Shown piece by piece: positions 20,020 through 30,342 of a stretch of 64,000 bases of DNA; position 1 is the stretch's first letter, and the number at the start of each line of letters is the position of its first letter. The stretch is taken from contig ONAG01000003.1 in assembly GCA_900315745.1 (NCBI GenBank), forward strand, positions 30,507 through 94,506, written 5' to 3'. The notes under the pieces were generated by a model. It ran no database searches. It saw only the letters and a list, made by a program, of their open reading frames with translations, and was not told where the DNA came from. The position numbers and the translations under genes were made by a program. The DNA is from an uncultured Prevotellaceae bacterium. Its GTDB lineage: Bacteria > Bacteroidota > Bacteroidia > Bacteroidales > Bacteroidaceae.

Positions 20020-20781
20020 TCAGAATTTGACAAGGGTTCTGCATATTTCCACCTCGTCCTGACCATCCTGTCCCTCTCGGCACAACCGGAAGTGCCAGGT
20101 GTCTTCCTCCGCTTTCTCTCTATAAACATTCACAGTGTCGCCACAATGCGCCTCTGCCACGTATGCTATCTCCAATCTTCTCACGGGATGGCTATTGTGC
20201 CAATCGAGGTCGAAAAGGTCGAGCACATGTTCGATATATTTCACGCTATTAAGATGCCCATTGATGTCGATGTCGGTGTATTTAACCAAAAAAGAGCCAA
20301 CCATGGGAGCCTCAGCTCCAACATTCACCCTTGAACTTTTGGCTATGGGACATTCCTTTCCCTTTTCCACATAGTCTGACAATGTGCCCTTGTTGATGCC
20401 GAGCAAATCTGCCGGCTGCCTTGTCTCAGTATCGATCATCGCCCACACGGAGCGTCCATATCCATAAACCTTCCCGTTGCCAGAATCCACCACCTTGAAG
20501 TTACGGTTGGTGAAGAATCTCATGGCACTCTCCACCCATGTCTCCACATTGAACTTGGCATACATTGGAGGCATTTCCTCCATCTCGATGGCGAGACGCG
20601 AGAGCACCCACGTCTTGTTGATGCTATTGAGGAAAGCCATGCCAAATCCACGTTCAGAGGAATGGAAGTCGGCGGCATTGAGCAAATGGTTTCCCAGATG
20701 CCCCATCATCAGTCTTTTGGAACAGTCGCAATGGAAAGGTTCTGCCAAGAAGGGATAGCACCCCACCTTATCTTTTAACAT
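20020..20781 (-). CDS. Acyl-ACP thioesterase (FatA/FatB-like double hotdog)
   Basis: WVLSRLAIE, ETWVES, SVWAMID, DIDINGHLNSVKY. Confidence 0.9.
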   Translation of the reverse strand: MLKDKVGCYPFLAEPFHCDCSKRLMMGHLGNHLLNAADFHSSERGFGMAFLNSINKTWVLSRLAIEMEEMPPMYAKFNVETWVESAMRFFTNRNFKVVDSGNGKVYGYGRSVWAMIDTETRQPADLLGINKGTLSDYVEKGKECPIAKSSRVNVGAEAPMVGSFLVKYTDIDINGHLNSVKYIEHVLDLFDLDWHNSHPVRRLEIAYVAEAHCGDTVNVYREKAEEDTWHFRLCREGQDGQDEVEICRTLVKF

Positions 20782-21319
20782 CTTGATAATCTTTTTCTTG
20801 TTGTTCAAGGAAAGCACTCACCTCCTCCTCTGTGCTGCGAGTGATGGCAATCCTTCCGCTACGGGTGTATTGCAACACACAGCCAAAAGAGTTGAGGGCA
20901 TGGAACATCGACACTATGTCTTCCGTCATTCCACTTTTCACCACTGCGACATAAGTGGGGTTGACCTCTGTGATTTGCGCATCATATCGTCTGATGATGC
21001 GTGACACCTCAGAATTGTTGAGCACCTCCTGGGTGGACAGTTTGAACAGTCCCGACTCGCATATGAACAATTGGTCGTCGGTATAGAATTTCGCCTTCAC
21101 CACATCGATTTTCTTCTCTATCTGCTTGGTGATTTTCTCTATCTGGTCTTGGTCACTCCATGCCGTGATGGTGTACTTGTGTACACCATCGATGCTTGAC
21201 GCCGACACGTTGAGACTTTCTATGTTCACTTGTCGGCGTGTGAAGACAGCCGTTATCTGGTTGAGGATACCGGCGATATTCTCAGAATACACCAACAACG
21301 TATAAAATTTCTTTTCCAT
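20768..21319 (-). CDS. ilvN: Acetolactate synthase small subunit
   Basis: ENIAGILNQITAVFTRRQVNIESLNV ACT domain; RSGRIAI. Confidence 0.95.
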   Translation of the reverse strand: MEKKFYTLLVYSENIAGILNQITAVFTRRQVNIESLNVSASSIDGVHKYTITAWSDQDQIEKITKQIEKKIDVVKAKFYTDDQLFICESGLFKLSTQEVLNNSEVSRIIRRYDAQITEVNPTYVAVVKSGMTEDIVSMFHALNSFGCVLQYTRSGRIAITRSTEEEVSAFLEQQEKDYQDVKR

Positions 21320-21326
21320 AAACCCG

Positions 21327-23033
21327 TCAGATTTCCAATTGCATTTCGTCCACGTTCTTTCCCGGTGGGGTCATTGGCAGCACGTCGTCATCTTCCTTTA
21401 TTGCACATTCCAACAAGAAAGGACCGTCGGCAGCCAACATCTCTTCTATCGCCGCAGAGAGGTCAGCACGGTCCTGCACCACCCTATATCCTATGTTGTA
21501 GGCTGAGGCAATAAGTTCATATTGAGGATTCATCATCCTCGTGAATGATTTACGCTTGTTCCAGAACATGTCTTGCCATTGCCGCACATTCCCGAGATAG
21601 TTGTTGTTGAGAAGAATCATCTTCACTGGCGTGCGTTGCTCCATGATGGTGCCAAACTCCTGTATGCTCATCTGCAGACCACCGTCACCCATGAAGCAGC
21701 AGATGGTGCGGTCGTGGGCGCCAAAGGCAGCCCCAATGGCCGCTGGCAATCCAAAGCCCATGGTACCAAGGCCACCGCTGCTCACCACAGAGCGTTTTTT
21801 CCTGTATTTGAAATAACGACATGAGAACAGTTGGTTTTGCCCCACATCGGTTACCAATACAGCATCACCCTTGGTTGCCTCTGCCACGGCGTTCACCACC
21901 TCACCCATCAGCAGCGGACCATCTTGAGGATGAATGGCAGGTGCCACCACTCTCTCATACTCCATCTTGTCGAGGTCGCGAAAACTCTCCCGCCATTCAT
22001 CGTGTCGGGTTTTCTTAAGCAGCCTGGTGATTGCCGGCAATGTCACCTTGCAGTCCCCCACCACAGCCACGTCAGTCTTCACGTTCTTGTCTATTTCCGA
22101 CTTGTCGATGTCGAGGTGTATCACCTTCGCCTGCCGAGCATAAGTAGCAGTGTTTCCTGTCACCCTATCGCTGAAGCGCATGCCGATAGCTATGAGCACG
22201 TCGCATTCCTGCTCCTTGATATTGGGTGCATAGTTGCCATGCATTCCGAGCATTCCCACATTGAGAGGATGATCGGAAGGCAACGCCGACAGTCCCAGCA
22301 TTGTTCTGCCTGCGGGTATGCCAGCCTTCTCGATGAATTCCAGCAATTCGTTGTGTGCATTTCCCAGTTCCACTCCCTGTCCTACGAGAGCTAACGGCTT
22401 TTGCGCCTTGTTGATTATTTCGGCAGCCTTTCTCACCGCCTGTTCATCAGGTTTTGGGAACGGCACATAACTTCTTATGAAATCCACATGCTTTGGTTCC
22501 CATTCCGTGGTATGCACCTGCGCGTTTTTAGGGAAGTCGAGAACCACAGGTCCCGGTCTTCCACTCCTTGCGATGAAGAAAGCCCTGCTCACAGCCCAAG
22601 CCACGTCTTCCGGTCTCCTTATCTGATAGCTCCATTTGGATATTGGCTGTGCCACGCCCACGAGGTCCACCTCTTGGAAGGCATCCGTGCCCAATGCACC
22701 CACGCCCACCTGTCCTGCTATGACGACTATGGGAGTGGAGTCCATCATTGCATCCGCCACACCTGTAAGAGTGTTGGTGGCACCAGGACCACTTGTCACT
22801 ATGCACACCCCCACCTCGCCACTGACGCGGGCATATCCCTCGGCAGCATGTGTGGCAGCCTGCTCATGTCTAACCAAGATATGGTCGAAGGCTTTCTTCT
22901 CGCCTCTGGTATAGTCGTACAAGGCATCATAAACAGGCATGATGGCACCTCCAGGATAGCCGAAGATGGTTTTCACGCCCTCGGCGCACAATGAGCGCAT
23001 CAAAGCCTCTGCACCTGTGATGATTTCTTTCAT
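21327..23033 (-). CDS. ilvB: Acetolactate synthase large subunit
   Basis: FGYPGGAIMP, RHEQAA, TSGPGATN, GMLGMHG, GDGGLQM ThDP motif. Confidence 0.97.
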   Translation of the reverse strand: MKEIITGAEALMRSLCAEGVKTIFGYPGGAIMPVYDALYDYTRGEKKAFDHILVRHEQAATHAAEGYARVSGEVGVCIVTSGPGATNTLTGVADAMMDSTPIVVIAGQVGVGALGTDAFQEVDLVGVAQPISKWSYQIRRPEDVAWAVSRAFFIARSGRPGPVVLDFPKNAQVHTTEWEPKHVDFIRSYVPFPKPDEQAVRKAAEIINKAQKPLALVGQGVELGNAHNELLEFIEKAGIPAGRTMLGLSALPSDHPLNVGMLGMHGNYAPNIKEQECDVLIAIGMRFSDRVTGNTATYARQAKVIHLDIDKSEIDKNVKTDVAVVGDCKVTLPAITRLLKKTRHDEWRESFRDLDKMEYERVVAPAIHPQDGPLLMGEVVNAVAEATKGDAVLVTDVGQNQLFSCRYFKYRKKRSVVSSGGLGTMGFGLPAAIGAAFGAHDRTICCFMGDGGLQMSIQEFGTIMEQRTPVKMILLNNNYLGNVRQWQDMFWNKRKSFTRMMNPQYELIASAYNIGYRVVQDRADLSAAIEEMLAADGPFLLECAIKEDDDVLPMTPPGKNVDEMQLEI

Positions 23034-23043
23034 GTCAACGAGT

Positions 23044-24867
23044 TTATTCTATGATTCTCACACCACCCTTGTCGGCAGAGCTAACACTTTGTGCGTAGGA
23101 CTTGAGAGCCTTGCTCACCTCACGCTTGCGTGTGAGAGGACGGGGACTGCGCGCAGCAAGTTCCTCATCGGTCAGTTCCACCATGATGCTGCGGTTGGGT
23201 ATGTCGATTACGATGATGTCCCCATCGACTATTTTTCCTATTTCGCCTCCAGAGGCAGCCTCTGGTGAGATGTGTCCTATGCTCAGTCCCGACGTACCGC
23301 CAGAGAAGCGTCCGTCGGTGATGAGAGCACATTCCTTGCCCAGGTGCATGCTCTTTATATATGATGTGGGATAAAGCATCTCCTGCATTCCAGGACCACC
23401 CTTTGGACCTTCGTGGGTTATCACCACGCAGTCGCCACTCTTCACTTGTCCTCCGAGTATTCCGTCGCAGGCAGCCTCTTGGGAGTCGAACACCTTTGCT
23501 GGTCCGCGGAAATGCCACAATTCCTCATCCACGCCGGCGGTCTTCACCACGCAGCCATCCTTGGCGATGTTGCCGAAGAGCACAGCCAAGCCACCATCCT
23601 TGGTGTAAGCGTGGCTGATGTCGCGTATGCAACCATTTTCGCGATCGGTATCGAGTTCATGCCATTCAGCATCCTGCGAACCCATTTTGGTGGAGAACTT
23701 GCCTCCAGGAGCGCTCTTGTAGATGCGCAGCGCCTCGTCGTCGATGCCTTCAGATAATGCCACCGGGTCTGAGATGCTGTATTTTCCTATTGCCTCTTCC
23801 AATGTCAGTCCATCCACTCGGATGGCACTGCCATCCACCAGACCACCTTGGTATAGTTCTCCAATGATACCGAGGATGCCGCCAGCCCTACCACATTCCT
23901 GCACGCTATATTTCTGCGTGTTGGGTGATAGTTTGCAGAGGCATGGCACCTTCCGGCTCAGGTTGTCGATGTCAGCCATCTTGAAGTCCACGCCAGCCTC
24001 CTGCGCCACTGCGAGCAGATGGAGCACGGTATTGGTGGAGCCGCCCATAGCGATATCGAGAGCCATTGCATTGAGGAAAGTCTTTCTTGTTGCGATGCTT
24101 CGAGGCAACACGCTATCGTCGCCATCGCGATAATACTTGAATGCATTTTCCACAATCAACTTTGCAGCGTCCTTGAACAAGCGCACGCGATTGGCATGTG
24201 TAGCCACGATGGTGCCGTTGCCAGGCAATGACAATCCTATTGCCTCGGTTAGCGAGTTCATGGAGTTGGCAGTGAACATGCCCGAACAACTGCCACATCC
24301 CGGACAGGCACATTGTTCGAGTTCTGCCACGTCGTCATCGCTCATGGTGGGGTCGGCGCCCTTCACCATTGCAGTGATGAGGTCGGCATTCTCTCCTCTC
24401 CACCTTCCAGCCTCCATAGGTCCGCCACTGACGAACACTGCAGGTATGTTGAGCCTCATAGCCGCCATGAGCATTCCAGGGGTCACTTTGTCGCAGTTGG
24501 AGATGCACACCATGGCATCAGCCTTGTGCGCATTGACCATGTATTCCACAGAATCGGCTATGATGTCTCTTGATGGAAGGGAATAGAGCATTCCATCGTG
24601 CCCCATGGCGATGCCATCGTCAATGGCGATGGTGTTGAACTCTGCGGCATAGCATCCCATTTGCTCTATCTCTGCCTTAACGATCTGACCTATCTCGTGC
24701 AGATGTGTGTGGCCAGGCACAAACTGTGTGAACGAGTTGACTATGGCGATGATGGGTTTTCCAAACTGCTCATGCTTCATGCCAGCAGCCACCCATAACG
24801 CCCTTGCTCCTGCCATCTTGCGACCCTCGGTGCAAACAGCACTTCTCAACTGATGTTTATAATCCAT
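23044..24867 (-). CDS. ilvD: Dihydroxy-acid dehydratase
   Basis: [55 protein letters not shown]; start MDYKHQLRS. Confidence 0.97.
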   Translation of the reverse strand: MDYKHQLRSAVCTEGRKMAGARALWVAAGMKHEQFGKPIIAIVNSFTQFVPGHTHLHEIGQIVKAEIEQMGCYAAEFNTIAIDDGIAMGHDGMLYSLPSRDIIADSVEYMVNAHKADAMVCISNCDKVTPGMLMAAMRLNIPAVFVSGGPMEAGRWRGENADLITAMVKGADPTMSDDDVAELEQCACPGCGSCSGMFTANSMNSLTEAIGLSLPGNGTIVATHANRVRLFKDAAKLIVENAFKYYRDGDDSVLPRSIATRKTFLNAMALDIAMGGSTNTVLHLLAVAQEAGVDFKMADIDNLSRKVPCLCKLSPNTQKYSVQECGRAGGILGIIGELYQGGLVDGSAIRVDGLTLEEAIGKYSISDPVALSEGIDDEALRIYKSAPGGKFSTKMGSQDAEWHELDTDRENGCIRDISHAYTKDGGLAVLFGNIAKDGCVVKTAGVDEELWHFRGPAKVFDSQEAACDGILGGQVKSGDCVVITHEGPKGGPGMQEMLYPTSYIKSMHLGKECALITDGRFSGGTSGLSIGHISPEAASGGEIGKIVDGDIIVIDIPNRSIMVELTDEELAARSPRPLTRKREVSKALKSYAQSVSSADKGGVRIIE

Positions 24868-24950
24868 AATGATTGTCTTTCTACCTTTGTTTCGTGTGAA
24901 ACATACCGCGCCAACACCACGACGCTTGTCAATGCGCACAATATCAGCGG

Positions 24951-24958
24951 CAAAGTTA
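24951..24958 (-). promoter_or_regulatory. -7 promoter box of ilv operon
   Basis: TAACTTTGCCG on minus strand. Confidence 0.65.
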
Positions 24959-25133
24959 CTTACATTTTATGGAAAGGCAAAATAAACACCACGTTTTTAT
25001 GTCTTTAGCCGAAGGAAAATGACACAAATGAAGAAACCTCACGAGCGATAAGGGTATAATGCTTAGTTGAATCCACCTAACAAGAAAAAAACATAAAAAA
25101 CGTTTTTTGTTGTGTTATTTTGGAAAAAAGGCG

Positions 25134-25141
25134 TAATTTTG
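25134..25141 (+). promoter_or_regulatory. -7 promoter box of mlaEF
   Basis: TAATTTTGCAG. Confidence 0.65.
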
Positions 25142-25160
25142 CAGTTCACATAACGTCACC

Positions 25161-25907
25161 ATGTTTATCATCAATTCGCTGCAAACATTCGGAGAATACC
25201 TTATTCTCATGGGCAGGACCTTTTCACGCCCAGAGCGCTTCAGGATGTTTCTCAAGAAATATGTGAAGGAAATGTCGGCACTTGGTGTCGATTCCATCGG
25301 CATCGTGCTGCTCATCTCCTTTTTTATTGGAGCTGTGATATGCATCCAAATGAAGCTCAACATCCAAAGCCCTTGGATGCCAAAATTCGTCACTGGTTAC
25401 ACCACTCGCGAAATCATGCTTTTGGAGTTCTCCTCATCCATCATGTGTCTCATCCTGGCAGGCAAGGTTGGGTCGAACATCGCTTCAGAATTGGGCACCA
25501 TGCGTGTCACCCAACAGATAGATGCATTGGAGATAATGGGTGTGAACTCGGCAAGCTACCTCATTCTTCCCAAGATTCTTGGAATGCTCACCATCATGCC
25601 CTTTCTGGTGATTTTCAGTGCTGCCACCGGCATTTTGGGAGCCTATGCCACAGCTTTCTTCGGGCACGTTCTTAGCGTGGAAGACCTCACTGTTGGCCTC
25701 CAGCACGATTTCAACCCATGGTTCATGTGGATGAGCATCATAAAGAGTCTTTTCTTTGCCTTCATCATTTCGAGTGTGTCGTCATATTACGGCTATTCGG
25801 TGGAAGGCGGTTCGGTGGAAGTAGGCAAGTCGAGCACCGACGCCGTGGTGTCGAGCAGCGTGCTGATACTCTTCTCCGACGTGTTTCTCACCCAACTACT
25901 GTCATGA
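25161..25907 (+). CDS. mlaE: MlaE-family ABC permease
   Basis: GKVGSNIASELGTMRVTQQIDALEIMG signature. Confidence 0.92.
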   Translation: MFIINSLQTFGEYLILMGRTFSRPERFRMFLKKYVKEMSALGVDSIGIVLLISFFIGAVICIQMKLNIQSPWMPKFVTGYTTREIMLLEFSSSIMCLILAGKVGSNIASELGTMRVTQQIDALEIMGVNSASYLILPKILGMLTIMPFLVIFSAATGILGAYATAFFGHVLSVEDLTVGLQHDFNPWFMWMSIIKSLFFAFIISSVSSYYGYSVEGGSVEVGKSSTDAVVSSSVLILFSDVFLTQLLS

Positions 25908-25937
25908 CAAGTTCCACAAGCCAACAACGATCATCAG

Positions 25938-26714
25938 ATGATAGAAATAAAGAATCTCTGCAAATCATTTGAAGACAAGGAAGTGCTGCACGACATAAGC
26001 ACAGTCTTCGAGAATGGCAAGACCAACCTCATCATAGGACAAAGCGGTTCGGGAAAGACCGTATTGATGAAGAATCTTGTGGGACTGCTTGACCCCACCA
26101 GCGGACAAGTATTGTATGATGGCCGTGATTTCGTTGCCATGAGCAAGCGTGAGAAGGTTAGGCTACGCCGCGAGATGGGCATGATATTCCAAAGTGCCGC
26201 CCTATTCGACTCACTCTCGGTATTGGAGAATGTTATGTTCCCTCTCGACATGTTCTCGTCGATGAATTACCGTGAGCGCGTACGCCGTGCCCGAGAATGT
26301 CTCGACAGGGTGAACCTTGTGGAGGCAGAGAATAAATATCCTGGAGAAATCTCTGGAGGCATGCAGAAACGCGTTGCCATAGCAAGGGCCATAGCCCTCA
26401 ACCCGCAATACCTTTTCTGCGACGAGCCAAACTCAGGCCTTGACCCAAAGACCTCGCTCGTCATCGACGACCTGCTCAGCAGCATCACCAAGGAATACAA
26501 CACGACGACCATCATCAACACTCACGACATGAACAGTGTGATGGGAATAGGCGAGAACATCATCTTCATCTACAAGGGTCACAAGGACTGGCAAGGGCAT
26601 AGCGGTGAAATCATGAATTCTACGAACAAGCGCCTCACCGACTTCATTTTTGCCAGCGACTTGCTGAAGGAGATGCGCACAGCCGTCAACAAGAACCAAC
26701 ACAATGACGAGTAG
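25938..26714 (+). CDS. mlaF: MlaF-family ABC ATP-binding protein
   Basis: GQSGSGKT Walker A, FQSAALFDSL, ISGGMQKRV, CDEPNSGLDP. Confidence 0.92.
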   Translation: MIEIKNLCKSFEDKEVLHDISTVFENGKTNLIIGQSGSGKTVLMKNLVGLLDPTSGQVLYDGRDFVAMSKREKVRLRREMGMIFQSAALFDSLSVLENVMFPLDMFSSMNYRERVRRARECLDRVNLVEAENKYPGEISGGMQKRVAIARAIALNPQYLFCDEPNSGLDPKTSLVIDDLLSSITKEYNTTTIINTHDMNSVMGIGENIIFIYKGHKDWQGHSGEIMNSTNKRLTDFIFASDLLKEMRTAVNKNQHNDE

Positions 26715-26744
26715 GCAACAGCAATTTTGACAACCTGATTAGAA

Positions 26745-26779
26745 CAAATGCGGGCGGATTTGCCATCCACCCGCATTTG
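26745..26779. terminator. Hairpin between convergent mlaF and epimerase-like gene
   Basis: caaatgcggg(c)ggat / atcc(a)cccgcatttg. Confidence 0.7.
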
Positions 26780-26803
26780 TCATGCTTTGTCTTGTTCCAT
26801 TTT

Positions 26804-27898
26804 TCATGAGAGGAGTATTTGCACGATGCGCTCGGCAGCCCTCCCGTCCCATCGATCGGGAATGTTGCTTGACTTCCATCGCCCTGCAACCATGTCGGCA
26901 ACAGCCTCACCCAACCTTTGCGGATCTTCACCCACGAGCACGTTGCTGCCCGTGCGCACAGTCTCTATATGCTCCGTGTAGCTGTTGAGCGTTGCACAAG
27001 GCACCCCATTGAACGTTGCCTCCTCCGCCACATTGCCCGAATCAGTCACTATACCCTTGGCATGAGCCGTGAGATAGCCAAATTCCAGATACCCCATGGG
27101 CGGAACAAAATGGAACTTGTCGAGAGGCACGTTGATAGTAGCCAATAGCGATGCCACCACCTTCTTGGCATTATCCCTTAATGGAGCTACGATGTGCGTA
27201 TCGCCAGCAGCCTCCAACATCGCCTTGAGCATCAGCCTGAGATTGTCGCCATCAGCCATCAAAGCCTTGCGATTGAGTGTGAACACCAGATATTGTCCTT
27301 GGTCGAGGTGCAGTTGGTCGAGCACTTCAGGGCGCCGCAGACGTCCATAATTTGCCCTGAGAGTGTCCATGAGGATGTTGCCCACCTGATAGACCTGCGA
27401 CCTCTGCACACCCTCTCTTGATACGGTGTTGCTTGCCCCCTCGCCAGCAGTAAAGAGCAAGTCGGAGAGCCCGTCGATGACAAGACGGTTGATTTCCTTC
27501 GGCATCTTTATATCGAACGAGCGAGTGCCGGCTACGAGATGTGCCAATCGTATTCCTTGTTTCTTTGTCACGATGGCAGCCGCCATGGTAGAAGCCAGGT
27601 CATCAACCACGATAACGACGTCTGTGGGATTTTGTTCGAGATATTTTTCAAACTCTCCCATCACCCTTCCCGTCAGTTCATTGAGACTGACACAGTCCAC
27701 CCCCATGAACACGTCGGGTCGTCGCATCTGCAAGTCGTCGAACAGCGATTGCTCCAGCGTGGAGTCATTCTCCATACCGGCATAGACAAGTTTGCAGTTC
27801 ACGTCCCTGCCTTGAGACCTCACCTTGTCGATAGCTTTCATGATTGGCGCCACCTTTATGAAATTAGGGCGGGCACCTGCCACGATACAAATATTCAT
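26804..27898 (-). CDS. Divergent UDP-N-acetylglucosamine 2-epimerase (WecB-like) paralogue
   Basis: GARPNFIK, AGTRSFD, EINR, VGNILMD, TDSG, WDGRAAERI; several catalytic positions substituted (see findings). Confidence 0.8.
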   Translation of the reverse strand: MNICIVAGARPNFIKVAPIMKAIDKVRSQGRDVNCKLVYAGMENDSTLEQSLFDDLQMRRPDVFMGVDCVSLNELTGRVMGEFEKYLEQNPTDVVIVVDDLASTMAAAIVTKKQGIRLAHLVAGTRSFDIKMPKEINRLVIDGLSDLLFTAGEGASNTVSREGVQRSQVYQVGNILMDTLRANYGRLRRPEVLDQLHLDQGQYLVFTLNRKALMADGDNLRLMLKAMLEAAGDTHIVAPLRDNAKKVVASLLATINVPLDKFHFVPPMGYLEFGYLTAHAKGIVTDSGNVAEEATFNGVPCATLNSYTEHIETVRTGSNVLVGEDPQRLGEAVADMVAGRWKSSNIPDRWDGRAAERIVQILLS

Positions 27899-27905
27899 TA
27901 CGTTC

Positions 27906-28859
27906 TTATCCTTGTTTGAAAAGATCTTTTATGCCACCCAAGCTGCCAAGCAAGTTTGTAGCCTCGTAAGGCAGGTAGATGGTCTTGGAATCCTGCCCTG
28001 AAGCCAGTTCTTGGAGCATCTGAATATATTTCTGCGCCAAGAGATAGTTGGCAGGGTTTGAGGAGTCACCGACAGCCTCGGTGATTTTCTGAATTGCCAC
28101 AGCCTCTGCCTCAGCCTTCCTGATGCGAGCCTGTGCCACACCTTCAGCCTCGAGAATAGCTTGCTGTTTCAGAGCCTCAGCGCGGTTGATGGTGGCAGCC
28201 TTGTCGCCTTCCGACTGCAAGATTTGAGATTGTTTCTGACCTTCGCTGGTAAGGATGACGGCACGCTTGTTTCGCTCTGCCTGCATCTGTTTCTCCATTG
28301 CCTGCAGCACACTCTGTGGAGGTGTGATGTCTTGCAATTCCACGCGATTCACCTTGATGCCCCACTTGTTGGTGGCATCATCGAGCACAGCACGCAACTT
28401 GGTGTTCACTGTGTCGCGCGAGGTGAGAGTCTGGTCGAGTTCCATCTCGCCAATGATGTTTCTCAGGGTGGTCTGTGTCAGTTTTTCGATAGCATTAGGC
28501 AGGTTGCTGATTTCATATACAGCCTTGAAAGGATCTACGATTTGGAAATAAAGCAAAGCATTGATTTGCATTTGGATATTATCCTTTGTGATTACGTTCT
28601 GCTTGTCAAAATCATAGACCTGCTCTCTAAGGTCGATGTCGCTTGAATAGACATATCTTCCCCTTGTAAGTGTCACGATGCTTTTGGCGCTGTCGATGAA
28701 AGGGATGATGATGTTGATGCCTGGTTGCAGAGTGGCATGATATTTTCCAAGTCGCTCAATGATTTTCGTTTCCGACTGTGGTATTATGACAAGAGTCTTC
28801 TTTGCGATGAGCACCACCAAGGCAATGATGGCCAGCAATACGATTACAGTAGTGGACAT
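27906..28859 (-). CDS. SPFH/stomatin-like (paraslipin) protein
   Basis: IERLGKY, ITKDN, TTLRNIIG, RVELQDI, MEKQMQAER, AEGVAQA. Confidence 0.92.
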   Translation of the reverse strand: MSTTVIVLLAIIALVVLIAKKTLVIIPQSETKIIERLGKYHATLQPGINIIIPFIDSAKSIVTLTRGRYVYSSDIDLREQVYDFDKQNVITKDNIQMQINALLYFQIVDPFKAVYEISNLPNAIEKLTQTTLRNIIGEMELDQTLTSRDTVNTKLRAVLDDATNKWGIKVNRVELQDITPPQSVLQAMEKQMQAERNKRAVILTSEGQKQSQILQSEGDKAATINRAEALKQQAILEAEGVAQARIRKAEAEAVAIQKITEAVGDSSNPANYLLAQKYIQMLQELASGQDSKTIYLPYEATNLLGSLGGIKDLFKQG

Positions 28860-28911
28860 TGTGTTCTGTGTTTAAGTTATAAAAATTTCCTTACTAAATA
28901 ACAAAAGTGAG

Positions 28912-29361
28912 TCAGATCTTCTCCACAGTGATGATGATGCTGTCTCTTCCTATCACCTTCACTTGTGCTCCAACCTCTATCTTGCTGCCATCCGCAGAAA
29001 GAGCCTTCCAGTCGTCTCCGTCGATTGACACTCTGCCGAATCCCTTTTCCTCTATTGCCTGCGACACCTTACCTATGCGCCCGATTATAGCATCGGCATT
29101 GCTCACCCTGTTTTCGTCATTTCGATGCAAGTATCTCAATGCCACTGGTCTTATGAAATATATGCTCAACAGAGAGCATAGCGCCATGGCTATAAGCTGA
29201 GGAATGATTCCCATGCCAATGGCTGCGGTGAGAGAAGCACCCAGTCCGCCGATGGCGAAGCAAAGGATGAACAAGTCGCCGGACCCCAACTCAAGCATGA
29301 GGCAAACCACAGATACAAGAATCCAGATGAGCCAGACGTGTTGTGTGAGATATTCTATCAT
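28912..29361 (-). CDS. NfeD-family membrane protein
   Basis: N-terminal TM helices, C-terminal OB fold GRVSIDGDDWKA; classic partner of SPFH genes. Confidence 0.88.
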   Translation of the reverse strand: MIEYLTQHVWLIWILVSVVCLMLELGSGDLFILCFAIGGLGASLTAAIGMGIIPQLIAMALCSLLSIYFIRPVALRYLHRNDENRVSNADAIIGRIGKVSQAIEEKGFGRVSIDGDDWKALSADGSKIEVGAQVKVIGRDSIIITVEKI

Positions 29362-29376
29362 GATTGTATTTTTTTT

Positions 29377-29457
29377 AGTAATCGGAGTAATCAGAGTAAT
29401 TAGAGTACTCTGAGTAATCAGAATACTCGAAAAACTCGGAGTACTCTGATTACTCGA
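29377..29457. repeat. 9 copies of a 9-nt unit (ATCGGAGTA/CTCTGAGTA family) containing GAGTACTC palindromes
   Basis: Read directly; same family as 17722-17766. Confidence 0.8.
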
Positions 29458-29466
29458 TTTATATTA

Positions 29467-30285
29467 TTACTTTCTGTAATATTTTAATGCCTCTGGCAAG
29501 ATTTTCTTCAAGTTTGCCACACGCTGGGCATCCGATGGGTGTGTGCTCAACCATTGAGGAGTGGACGAACCGCCACTGCTGGATGCCATTCTTTGCCAGA
29601 AACTTATTGCCTCGTTGGGGTCGTAACCCGCCATGGCGGCAAAGATAAGTCCTATGTGGTCGGCTTCCGTCTCATTGTCTCTTGAATATTTCAAAGTAGC
29701 CATGTTGGAGCCGAGACCATAAAGTTGTGACAACACGGAAGAGGTGGCAGTATTTTGGCCTGTAACAGCCGTTATTGCGGTATTGACAATGCCTCCCAGC
29801 ATTTGTTGGTTTTGCTGCTTTGTCATCTGTTCCGAAGAGTGGTAAGCCACGGCATGCGCTATCTCATGTCCCAATACCACTGCCAGCGCAGCTTCCGTCT
29901 TGGTGACAGGGAGCAATCCTTCGTAAACGACGATTTTTCCTCCCGGCATGCAGAATGCATTCATTTGCTTGTCCTGCACAAGATTGAATTCCCAGTTATA
30001 GTTGCTCACTTCACTGGCATATCCATTGTTTTTCAGGTATGTCTCCACGGCAGTAGCAAGTTTCTGCCCCACCCTCCTTACCATTGCCGTATTAGCGGCA
30101 TTGGTAGATAGTTTCGAGGAACTGACGTATTTTTTGTATTCATTGAGACTCAACGACAACAAAGTAGCATTGTCGGCACTCACTTTCTGCTTTCGCCCGG
30201 TTACGGGCACCACACGTGTCACACCAGCACATGCCAACAGCAACAGTGAGACCAGTGTCAAGGTTATTAATTTCGTCTTTTTCAT
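29467..30285 (-). CDS. M48-family zinc metallopeptidase lipoprotein
   Basis: Lipobox LLLAC, NAFCMPGGKI, GHEIAH, YSRDNETEAD, STHPS. Confidence 0.92.
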   Translation of the reverse strand: MKKTKLITLTLVSLLLLACAGVTRVVPVTGRKQKVSADNATLLSLSLNEYKKYVSSSKLSTNAANTAMVRRVGQKLATAVETYLKNNGYASEVSNYNWEFNLVQDKQMNAFCMPGGKIVVYEGLLPVTKTEAALAVVLGHEIAHAVAYHSSEQMTKQQNQQMLGGIVNTAITAVTGQNTATSSVLSQLYGLGSNMATLKYSRDNETEADHIGLIFAAMAGYDPNEAISFWQRMASSSGGSSTPQWLSTHPSDAQRVANLKKILPEALKYYRK

Positions 30286-30342
30286 AACAATTAAGTGTTA
30301 ATCAATTTATTGGTATTTTTGTTTTTTGTTATTGCAACAATC

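Noticed and set aside
25161-26714. mlaE-mlaF without mlaD
   Set aside because: A split Mla locus is ordinary in Bacteroidota as far as I know
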